Position numbers and translations under genes: made by a program. The notes beneath the pieces are model-generated. The model saw only the letters and a program-made list of their open reading frames with translations, was not told the DNA's origin and made no database searches. This document shows, piece after piece, positions 25,080 through 36,300 of a DNA stretch of 64,000 nt; positions within the stretch are counted from its first letter, which is position 1; each line of letters starts with the position of its first letter. The stretch comes from Basidiobolus meristosporus CBS 931.73 (taxonomy: Eukaryota; Fungi; Basidiobolomycota), in NCBI GenBank assembly GCA_002104905.1, contig MCFE01000309.1, positions 1 to 64,000 on the forward strand, in the 5' to 3' direction.

Positions 25080-26896
25080 TCTCAGTGTTATGAAGCTTGG
25101 GATATCAAGTCCAACATCAGATTCCAATTGCTCCATGAGTATTTAGGTACAACTAGAAAATTCACAACACTCCCACTTGGCTAAATGTTAATATTAGTTA
25201 GGCCCAACTGGGATCCAAGATACTCAAATGTCTCTAACTTGTGGCTTTGTAGATGTATCTGCAATTGTTTTATTGTTATGACAGTTCACTAAATTAGCAA
25301 TGCTCTTCCCTCTGGCTTCCAGGAAGGAATGCGGACCAATACTTATGTACTTGATTATAGCATGAAAAGCTGGGCTTCTCCCTAATTACTCACATCCTTA
25401 ATTATCTTGATACATGGTGGTGTTATTGTTGCGATATTCTGAGGAGTATTGGAAGTGATGTGGAGAACTAGAGGATTTACATATTATTCACTTGTAAATT
25501 TATTGATCAAAAGGTATGGTATTTATACTTTTAATAGAGTAGAGAAAGCAAACATGCATAGCTTGTTAAGGAAGGTACCAATAATATGTGTGCAAAGTTT
25601 GGGGTCTTTAGGACAACCTTGAGAAAAATAATATTCTGGGTACCTGCCAATTTGGTGAAAATATTCTAAGTAAATCCTGACAAGAAATCTGGTCAGGAGA
25701 GAATGCTTATCACAGTATAAGTTCTATGTGACCAAGTTAGCATAAATATTTAGGTGACAACTCAATAATTACAACAGTTGTCAGAGTTTTAGAGAGATTG
25801 GAAGTGGCTGCGAGAACAGGTAGATTTTGGAGCTTTCACTTGATGTTTTTTCAAATGTAAGAGTGGCATTTATTCTCCTACATGGCAAAAAAGACACAAA
25901 ATAAGTTTGCAAATGTCCCAAGAGCATGTGCATAAAGTTTAGGACTGTCTGGACAACTTTGAGAAATTTTATGTTCTGGGTACCTGACAATTGTTGTGAA
26001 GATCTGTAATTGCACCTAAATATTCTTGTAGCTTATGTTGTGATTATTAGCTTTTCATCTTAATATTCATGCTAGTTTAGTCACATGGATCTTATCCTGT
26101 GATTAGCATTCTGTCCTGACCAATTTTCTTGTTGAGATTCACTTAGAATATTTCCACTATATTATCAGGTTCACAGATTGTGACCATTCTCAAAGTAGTC
26201 CAAAAGACCCAAAACTTTGCACACACACTCTTGGGACCTTCATTAAAAGGCCACACATGTTTGTAGATATTGGGAGTGATTGGGAGAACAAGTAGAAAAA
26301 ATGGTTTTCACTTAAGGATTTATTAATGTAAAAGTAGTATTTATACTTTTACATGATCTTGGCATAACAAACACATAGAATAGCTTAAGGAAGATCCCAA
26401 GAACATGTGTGCAAAATTTGGGGCTGTTTGCACAACTTTGAGAATTTATATGCTCTGGGCACCTGGTATTTTGGTGAAAATATTCTAAGTAAATCCCAAC
26501 CAGGAATTTGGGTAGTATTACCTAGGATTGGAAGGTGATGATATAAGTGACTATGTTAGGTGAATATTTAGGTGGAATTACAAATCTTTACAACAGATTT
26601 TGTGATTTTCACTCAATGATTTATTCATTGTAAAAGTAGTATTTATACTTTTACATGGTCTTGCATAAAACAAAATAGAATATGCTTAGAAGGATCCCAA
26701 GTGCATCTATACAAAGTTTGGGGCTGTTTGGACAACTCAGTGAATTTTCATGCTCTGGGTACCTGATATTTTGGCAAAAAATATTCTATGTGAATCCTAA
26801 CAAGGAGTTTGGTCAGTATTACCCAGGATTTGAAGGTAATGATCTAGGTGACTAAGTTAGGTGAATATTTAGGTGGAATTACAAGTTCTTACAACA
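25080..26896 (-). mobile_element. Cluster of about six Copia LTR pieces plus a second PPT/RNase H remnant (25170-25480)
   Basis: LTR starts (TGTTGT...CACCTAAATATT) on the minus strand at ~25168, 25776, 26595 and 26896, a plus-strand start at 25992 and a headless piece at 25780-25990. All resemble the LTR at 41271-41619. Confidence 0.7.
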
Positions 26897-29570
26897 CTCC
26901 CACTCAGCTAAATGTTCATACTGACTAGTTCTAATTTTGACCTAAGATATTCAGACTTCTCTCTAGCTGATGGTTGGGTTAGTATATCTGCAATCATTTC
27001 ATCTGTAGGACAGTAAACTATGCCTACTAAGTTATCCTCTATACCTTCACATATGAAATGATGTCTAATATCTATGTGCTTAGTTCTAGCATGAAAAGTT
27101 GGATTTCTCCCTAATTGTACATATCCTTCATTGTCTTGAAATAAACTAATAAGCATTTTTTGACACAGGCCTAGATCTGTAGAAAGCTTTCTTAACCACA
27201 TTGCTTCTTTTATAGCTTCAAAGGTTGTCATATATTCTGCCTCTGTGGTGGAAAGTGCTATGGGTAGTTGCTTTCTTGAATTTAATGAAATTGCTCCTTG
27301 ACAGTAAAGAAAGGTGCATCCTGTGGTGGATCTTCTGTCTTCTATATTTTGTCCCCAATCAGCATCAGAGTATCCCACAAGATCTTGTTCTGACTCATTA
27401 TAAATGTATCTTAAGCAGATACAGCAGTTTCTTTTTGGTATCTAAAAATCTGCTTAACTACTGCAATATGATTGGATCCATAGTTCTTATTATGCTGGCT
27501 GACAACTCCCACTGAATATGAGATATCTGGATAGGTTCCAAGCATGATATACATACAACTGCTGACCATATATTGAAAAGGAAAGTCAGGGCTTCCAGAT
27601 GGCACCAAGCTCTCTTGATTTGTTTGAGTTTTGTCCAAGTTGAGGTTTGTCTCCATTGGGGTAGCTGCCGTTTTATGGTCATCCATGTGGTACCTCTTTA
27701 GTATATCTTGAATATACTTGGATTGACTTAAAGTGATAGTCTGAGTACTTCTGTCTATGGAGAACTTCATCCTCTGGTAGTTACTGAGTTCTCCTAGATT
27801 GGACATCTTGAACTCTTTATATAGGCTGGATTTAGTCTCTTCCAATGTTGCAAGGTTATTGGTGGCTATAGTAAGATCATCCACATAATGAGCTAATAGA
27901 ATGGGATTTGCTCTATCTGGCTTGTAGTATAAACTATACCCTAAGAAAAAAATTGAGAAAAGGCCAGCAAATTACCATCATAGTATTGGCTGAATTCCAA
28001 GTTTCTCAAAGTTGAGAACTCTCAATATCTCTGTTCTTTGCTTATGGGCAGGCAAGCAAACAAGTTCTCCAGGAGGATACTAGGCAAGCTAGCATCCATG
28101 CCAAATTTGGTAATTACCTGCCCATTACTTCCATCAAAAATTGCATTTGAAATTTTGAACCTAAATCACCAGCTGAATATCAGCAAAATACCATTAGTTT
28201 ACCAGATGAATACCAGCTAAAAATTGGATGAATTCCAAGTCTGAGATTTCCCATAGGGTATAGTCACCATTACTCCTTCTGAAACTCAAAGATTTCTGAT
28301 AAGAATCTAATTCAATTCCAGGCTCTTGGTGATTGTTTGAGTCAATATAGAGACTTTCTAAACATACAGACCAAATGGGGGTTATCTTGGTCAACAAACC
28401 CATCAGGCTGGTCAATATACATGTCCTCAACAAGCTCTCCATTCAAAAATGTAGCTTTTACATCCATTTGATGTATAAAAAACTTATACTTGCCTGCAAT
28501 AGCCAATATTAATCTGATGGAAGTAAACTTGGTTACCAATGCAAAGGTCTCAGTAGAGTCAAGTCCATTTGTTTGAGAGTATTCTTTGGCCATAGGGATT
28601 GCCTTGTATCTTTCAATTGTGCAATCAGCCTTGCATTTTGTCTCAATGACCCATCTGCATACAATTGATTTTTGGACCATTGGTAATATGACCAAGTCCC
28701 AAGTTTGATTTTCCATCAGGGCCTGACATTCCTCAGTCATTGCAGATCCTCAAAACTTTATCTGAGGGCTATTTAGGGCCCCTTTTACAGCCTGGGGCTC
28801 ATCAAAATGGACTGAATAGGCATAGGACAAGTTGTACCCTCATTGATATAGTAATTTGGACTATTTCTTGTCCAGTTGGATCTCCTGGCATTTGATACCA
28901 TGACAATCACTTCTGGGATATTCCTGGGCACTGATTCTGGCTGAAATACAGCTGTAGGGTTCTCTTCAGTGAGAAGTTATATATTGTTTTGCTCTGATTC
29001 AATCCTAACTATTGGAGGACTTGAGCTCAGGTTTTTGTCATCAGCTGATGTCATTTTTTGCAAATATTTTGAGTTTTCATTAAACAACACATCCCTGGAC
29101 GTGATCAGCTTCTTTGCTTCCATATTGTAGATTCTGTATGCTATAATTTGATTGCAGTAGTCCAAATATATGAAATTTACACTTTTGACTCAATTTTTGA
29201 CTGATTTCCAGGCAATTTGTTGGCATATGCTGTGCATCCAAATATTCTTAGATATTCTGCACTTGGTCTGTATCTATACCATGCATTGAATGGAGTACAA
29301 TCACAAAGTACTCTGCTATTACCCCTATTTTTAAGGTGTACAACTTTGGCAACAGATTCTGCCAAAAAATCAAAGGAGAATTTTTGATCATGGATCATCA
29401 ATCTTATTATATCTCTTATTGCTCTATTTGCACATTCTGCTACTCCATTTTGCTCTGGGAAGTAAGGTACAGTAGTTGCTTACTTTATCCTTTGAGTATT
29501 GCAGAAGTGGATGAAGAGTTTTGAGGTATATTCTCCACTGTTGCTAGAGCATATTTTCTTGACTTTTACA
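26596..29570 (-). mobile_element. Decayed Ty1/Copia element (integrase-RT-RNase H-PPT-3' LTR; 5' half missing)
   Basis: Fragments KVVHLKNR, ENQTWDLV, HQMDVKATFLNG, MDDLTIA, GYSDADWG, STTEAEY and KHIDIRHHF. PPT GCTGAGTGGGAG abuts LTR TG at 26896. Same family as 41271-44676. Confidence 0.9.
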
Positions 29571-31803
29571 ACAATGTTACTCTCCAGCATGGCTTCAAGC
29601 TCCCTGAGTTTAGACACAGCTTCTTCCAATCTATCCATGAAATAGACTGCTGTGTTGCATTATCATTGCTATGGCTTGTTCTACAATTTAGAGGCCAATC
29701 AACTATATTCAACAACATCCAGTATGCAAATACTGAAATAGTTTATTGGGAGTTTGATATACTAATAGAAGAGATAAATCTCACTAATATTCACAATCTT
29801 AGGCTCTAAACATACTCTGGGCAGTGCTTCTCACTTCTACAGCAGTATTCTGACCCTTTGTTGACTATTGAGCTTAGTCGCTTTTATAACAACCTTTTCT
29901 TATCTAGAAGTCACTTTCCTTTCTGAGAGAATATTTCCTGATATGGAAATTTGGAACTCCCCTTTAGCCTGAAGGGGTATCTTTAGAGTAGAGGGGCTTC
30001 TTAAAGTGGTGTCTAAAGTGGACTTTATAATATAGGGGGGTCTAAAGGGCAGCTTTGGAGTAAAAGGGGTTTCTTAGTGGCAACTTTTCCAACTGAAAAG
30101 TGGTAGTTTTCTTGTAGAACTTAGATATAATTCTGTTGAGCTTTGCAGTCTCTTTACTGATGTAGTACCAGTCAAAGTCAGAATGCTCAACAGTGCAAGT
30201 GATGCAGGGGAAGTCTTATAACATTTAGACTTGGAGTTGTAGTGTGGAGATTTTGGAAAGAAAGGCTCTTTTTATTTTTCAGCTGGGAAGTTATATACTT
30301 GAAAATTCTGAAGGATCAAAGTTTTTGGGCAATTGGGCAAGCAATACACATGCTACAAAGCTAAAATTCTGCAATGGTGCAGATTGGGCATAGGTGCAGC
30401 ACCTGCAAGAATAAGCACATGATTTGATTGGCAGGTTCAATGGTTATATGCAATTGAAGCCACCATAACAATCCTAGCAATATAGGCACAGTACAATTGG
30501 TTATAGTACTCTTTAGAGCATATCTCTTCAAGGACTGCTTCAAATGAGCTGTAGTTTAAGTCATGTGTTGGCTACTGCATGTTCTAGATGACATCATATT
30601 CTTGGGTGGATTATCTGTCAGGGTCCTGAGCATTTGTCTTTCAGATTTACAAATTCTTGATCTTTCAGTTGTTTGTTTTCATAGAAAAAGGCAAAATGAA
30701 GAAATGAGTGCCATTTTGGTCTTAAGATATTGGAGTAATAGAGTAAATTCCATTACTGCAAGTCTCCCCTAGCTTTGAGAAATAATGCCCTCATTATTAC
30801 TTCTGACATGGAACTTCTTCAATTTGTTACCAGGTTGTGCAAGTGCAAGCAGCATGCTACTAAGTTCTGCTTGTTTATAATATCAATCTTTGTTTGCATA
30901 TATCATCTTATAGGGACTGTGCCATTGGGAATCCAGTTGTATGCCTTATTTTCTGGCTTTTTGTGTTGTTTTGTAGTGTTAATACTCCTACTTCTGGGGA
31001 TGTCTCTCTTAGACATTTTTGACTGTCAAAATACTCCTTGCCAGCCATTCTGGATTTCTTCAGGTTGTCTGTAGTATTAGACTTGTTCCGTTGGATAGTG
31101 CCACATTGAGCCATGAGTGCCAAATGATGCCATAGTGTGCCAGGGAGGCCAAATGAGCCTATACTTGGCCACAGAGTGTGAAACAGAGCTCAGCATCTTC
31201 ATGCAAAGCTGCCCCTGTGTTTCACCTATGATGTAGCAGAAAATCCATTTTTTGATGTTATTTTGTGGATCAATGTTGTGCAGGATGTGTAAGAGCACAG
31301 AAGAACTGAAGACATGCATCAGGTATGCAATACCCATGGCACTCTGAATCTAGCTCCTGTGGCTTGTAGCATGTCACAAAAATGCATGGCATTATCTTGG
31401 TCCACTGGTACTATCTGGCACTATATTTAATTATTAGCCCTAAAGTAAGATCTATACAAAGCAATTATAGTGCCAGATAGTACCAGTGGACCAAGATAAT
31501 GCCATGCATTTTTGTGACATGCTACAAGCCACAGGAGCTAGATTCAGAGTGCCATGGGTATTGCATACCTGATGCATGTCTTCAGTTCTTCTGTGCTCTT
31601 ACACATCCTGCACAACATTGATCCACAAAAAAACATCAAAAAATGGATTTTCTGCTACATCATAGGTGAAACACAGGGGCAGCTTTGCATGAAGATGCTG
31701 AGCTCTGTTTCACACTCTGTGGCCAAGTATAGGCTCATTTGGCCTCCCTGGCACACTATGGCATCATTTGGCACTCATGGCTCAATGTGGCACTATCCAA
31801 CGG

Positions 31804-33344
31804 TGTGGTGGTGTAGAGGTACTCCTGGGAGAAGCTACACAACTCAAGGTGTGTGCAGTGTCTGATGGGTGCAATAACCTCTGGGTCTAAACTGCTGGTG
31901 TCTTTGTCAATAGACTTGTTCCGTTGGATAGTGCCACATTGAGCCATGAGTGCCAAATGATGCCATAGTGTGCCAGGGAGGCCAAGTGAGCCTATACTTG
32001 GCCACAGAGTGTGAAACACAGCTCTGCATCTTCATGCAAAGCAGCCCCTATGTTTCACCCATTGAGCTGGAAAAAATCCATTTTTTGACCTTTTTTTTTG
32101 GATCAATGTTGTGCAGGATGTGTAAGAGCACAAAAAGATTTAAGACATGCATCAGGTATGCAATACCCATGGCACTCTGAATCTAGCTCCTGTGGCTTGT
32201 ATCATATCACAAAAATGAATGGCACTTTCTTGGTCCACTGGTACTATCTGGCACTATATTTAAATATTAGCCCTAAAGTAAAACCTATATAAAGCACTTA
32301 TAGTGCCAGATAGTACCAGTGGACCAAGATAGTGCCATTCATTTTTGTGACATGATACAAGCCACAGGAGCTAGATTCAGAGTGCCATGGGTATTGAGTA
32401 TCAGATGCATGTCCTCAGTCCTTCTGTGCTCTCACACATCCTGAACAATGTTGGTCCAATAAAAAAGGTCAAAAAATGGATTTTCTCCAGCTCAATGGGT
32501 GAAACACAGGGGCTGCTTTGCATGAAGATGCAGAGCTGTGTTTCACACTCTGTGGTCAAATATAGGCTCACTTGGCCTCCCTGGCACACTATGGCATCAT
32601 TTGGCACTCATGGCTCAATGTGGCACTATCCAATGGAACAAGTCTAATATGTCACTATGGTAAAAGCTCCTGCTTCTCTAGCTTCCTAGGTGCTCCAAGT
32701 GTCTCCAAAGGCCTCTGTGTGTCTTGTGCACTACCCTGAAAAGCTCCTTGATTGCAGGTCTGAGATGTACTATTGAAGGCAGGTGCAGTGATCAACTGCT
32801 AATCAATAAGGTAGAAGTGTTACTGATAGAAGGGATCATTTATTGATGAGGGATTGCTTTCCCTTGAATACTTTTCCTGATTGCCAAGTGATTACTAATG
32901 ACAAGGTTCTAGAAGATTCTAGGTATCAGTGGAATTCTTGATGACATCACTATGAGCTAAAAATATGCCAAGAATGTCCTGGAAGGTTCTAAAAGGCACA
33001 GCACTCTCAACCAATCAGGAATCAGTAGTCTGAAACCTGTGCAACATAGAAATACCATATATGGTATTGAAGTGGTAGGGATGGTAACACAGACCTAGGT
33101 CATGTGTCACAGATACTGACGCGGGTACTTGCCTTATATAGATACATCTACTGATCACAAAGCTGAGTAACATCTGGGATAACTAATGCTGATAACTAAT
33201 CAGGGTAAACATCATATGGGGATAATACTGATAATATGGGCAAAAGAAGAATGGGATAATACTGATAAGATAAAATATGGATAAGTATATCATAATGACT
33301 ATATGAATAAACTTGTCTGTGGGAGGTATGTTTACCCTACCACA
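31804..33344 (-). mobile_element. Solo LTR, family C (~804 bp net), TSD ACGG, contains foldback MITE copy 2
   Basis: TGTGGT...ACCACA termini. ACGG at 31800-31803 and 33345-33348. TATA and AATAAA on the minus strand. Homologous to 40009-41079. Confidence 0.85.
31912..32645. mobile_element. Foldback MITE copy 2, 734 bp, TSD AAT
   Basis: Arms 31912-32258 and 32299-32645, spacer 32259-32298. AAT at 31909-31911 and 32646-32648. Confidence 0.95.
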
Positions 33345-36300
33345 ACGGAACAAGTCTATTCTTTTGCAGAGTGTGAGCTTGTTGAATTGGTTGTATTCTT
33401 GCAAGTAATAGCTGTGATGTTGTCATAGTTGGTTTCCATAGGAGGGTAAGCCACTTTCAGAAGATATGTCTATTAGCAAAACAGCTTCAAGTTCGTATAC
33501 TAAAAAATATTGAGTATTTTCTGTACTTCTTATAACTGTAGCTCTATCAGCCCAAATTGCTACATAAAAATTATTTGCACATTTGTTGAGTTTTTTGTAG
33601 TTAAGCTTTGCTAATGTGTTTGCAATAGCAGAATGGTCACATTGATCTGGTGAAATTGCTTGTGGGCTATACCATGTTGAATTGATAAGCTTGGTTCCAT
33701 GCTCACAGCTAGTGTTACATAAGATCCACAATTTTCATTTTCTGCAATAAGGGTACCAAATGAAAAATGTCTGGGATATACATCTTCTTCAAGAAATCTT
33801 GCTACATGTAGCTTTAGCTGTTTGAGTACACAGAGTACCCCCAGTGCTACTTTATTGACTGATTGAGAGTTGAGCACATTTCCTTTGAAAAGTCAACTGA
33901 GATATTTGCAAGGATGTTGATGATAATCTTCAAAACTTGAATCATGATCCCACCAACCCCAATTACAGAGCTATCAACTGATACAATGATTGGTTATAAA
34001 TCAATAGCATTGTAGTCTATACCTGCTAAAACAGATGGCTTTGAAAATAACTCAAGCAATGTCAATATAACATTTGCCTGTACTTTGTGCTATTCAAATT
34101 TCAAGTTTTTCTGTAATAGTTGAATAAGTGGCCAAGCAATGTGAGCATAGTTCTTGATTCAAACTCTGAATAAGCCAGTCAGCTCTAAGTGTTGTCTAAT
34201 TTGATGAATAATGCCTGGTGTCTTTCAACTCTGTGCTGTTGGATATTTTCAGGATCAGGAAGTCTCCCTTTTTCAGTAACAAGTTCACCTAGAATGATTG
34301 CATTGTTGGATCCAAACTTGGATTTGGCTCCAGATACAGCTGGACCAGAAGCTTGAAGTTTCTCCCTGACCCTTTCAACAGTCAATATGTGATCATAAAC
34401 AGATCCACTAGGGTAAGACATGTTATGTACATTTATCTTTGGACTCATTCTTAGCTGCAATGTCATCAAGAAATAGTCAACATATCTCAGGGAAGCAGTT
34501 ATTATGACTTAATGCTTGAATGTAGAAGTTATATAAGTTTCCAGTCAAGTCAATTAGTTTTATTTTTAGCCTATCTGTAAATTAGTATTATCTATCAAAT
34601 ATGTAGTATTAGTCAGCAGATGAGCCAGCAGATTGTGATCAGACAGAACTAGATATGATAGTTATCATCTGATTGGGTGATGACATTGCAATCAGATAAG
34701 ACATCAGCCACAACCTACATTAGAAAATACATTAATACAACAATTGATCTGGCAAAATGTTTACAAGCAGTTGCTGGATCCTCAATAAGAATCAGTTCAA
34801 GTTTTAGTGAGCACTATACTAGCTAAGATCCCTATTCCTTACAACTCTTAAATCAAACTTGTTAAATTGGTAGCAGCAATAGCCAGACACCTCCCCCCTG
34901 AAGAATGGAGTAGCCTCCTTCAAGCTGTCAGAAATTCAAGAATGGAAAAAAGCTATGCAGCAAATCCTGACCTAACAGCAACAGTCACACCAGATCCTCA
35001 GCCAGCAGCAACAAGGAACAATTACCATGGCCCAGAACCAGCAAAGCCCTGTCAGGAGCAACTTTACTGTCAAACTCAACCTGTGCTATGGCAACTTTGG
35101 TGTGAACAATGACTGGTACCATGGTAGAGTCAACAAAAACCTGGGAACATGGCTCTTTCAGATTAAAGAAGCATTTAAGGCTAATGGAATTGCCCCAGAA
35201 AGTAAGTTACACCATGCAGCCTCTTACCTGGCAGGTGCAGCCTTACAGTGATACCACAACAAGATCAAGTCAGCACTATGATAGGATGCTCCACTATCTC
35301 AATCTGGGATGAGCTTGTGCTGAAAATTTAACAAACCTTCCCACCAGAACACACCACTAAGAAGGATGCTGAAGACACTCAGACAGAAAGGAATGGTTAA
35401 CAATACATCTATGAGTAGGGATGTCTACTGCGTCAAGCTGAAAGCATGAACCCCCTGATCAAGTTGAATACTTTATTGATAGGTTGAAAGAAAGAACTTG
35501 CAAGGAACTGAATTATCAAAGACCTCAGACTACTGAAGAAGCCACCAAGTTTGCCATTGACCATGATTCAGCTATGTTTGGGGCTGGGAAGCCCACAATG
35601 ACTAATCAGAGAGGCTACAATCACAATGAAAGAAGACAATCAGAAGCAGTGTCAATGGAAACACACACTATGGAGAAGAACCTCACCTCAGCAGAATATA
35701 AGAAGAGAGGACTTTGTTTTAACTGCCACCAGCAAGATGATATCTCAAAGTACAGCCCTCAGAGTAGAAATGAACACCAGTCAACAAAAAACTTTGGCCA
35801 CTTTGAAGCCCTTGAGCATTGTAACATGGAGGATGAACTTGAAGAAGACTCAGTGATCACTTTCCATATGACCAATGAATACTTCTCCCAAAGGACCTCA
35901 AACTCTGGAAAGCACTTATACTAAAATGAAGTAACTAATAGAGTACCTGCCACAATTATGATTGACTTAGGGGCATTGCATGTGTACATGTCAGAGCAAT
36001 TTGCCTTAAAAGCTAGAATCAACTTAGAACCCACCAAACCAGCTTCAGTCTCAAAAGGTGATGAGAACTCTCATATAATCAGCCATATTACTTGGCAGTA
36101 AGAATGAGGATCAATGACTATGAAGTAGACCTACAAGCATATATATTTGGCAACTTCCTGTTTGACCTTGTACTTGAAAAAACATGGCTATTCTTTGTAA
36201 TCTATCAATCAACTGGAGAACCCATGCCCCCAATCCAAAAAGACAACCATACCTATGAGCTCCCACCTGCCTGACTATATTTTAACTTGGTCAAGTCCAG

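Larger units (their letters stand above)
31079..33357. mobile_element. Foldback MITE copy 1 (734 bp net: 347-bp arm, 40-bp spacer, 347-bp inverted arm), right TIR split by a solo LTR; TSD ATT
   Basis: Ends AGACTTGTTCCGTTGG...CCAACGG[insert]AACAAGTCT. ATT at 31076-31078 and 33358-33360. Arms 31079-31425 and 31466-31803 plus 33349-33357. Confidence 0.92.
29655..34499 (-). mobile_element. Decayed Ty3/Gypsy family A: RT/RNase H/integrase remnants and ~1.1-kb 3' LTR (29655-30760), interrupted by nested insertions
   Basis: Integrase remnants (33423-33877, 30770-31078) align with the plus-strand copy at 62093-62990. PPT AGGGGAGACT at 30761-30770 precedes LTR TGCAGTAATG. The LTR is homologous to 52884-54075 and 63000-64000. 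Confidence 0.8.

Noticed and set aside
30780-30860. VACCLHLHN resembling a Harbinger transposase C-terminus
   Set aside because: It is a frameshifted reading of the Gypsy A integrase tail, which aligns with 62880-62990.
30908-32647. Several short ORFs such as MGIAYLMHVFSS and MPNDAIVCQGG recurring on both strands
   Set aside because: Artefacts of the palindromic MITE arms.
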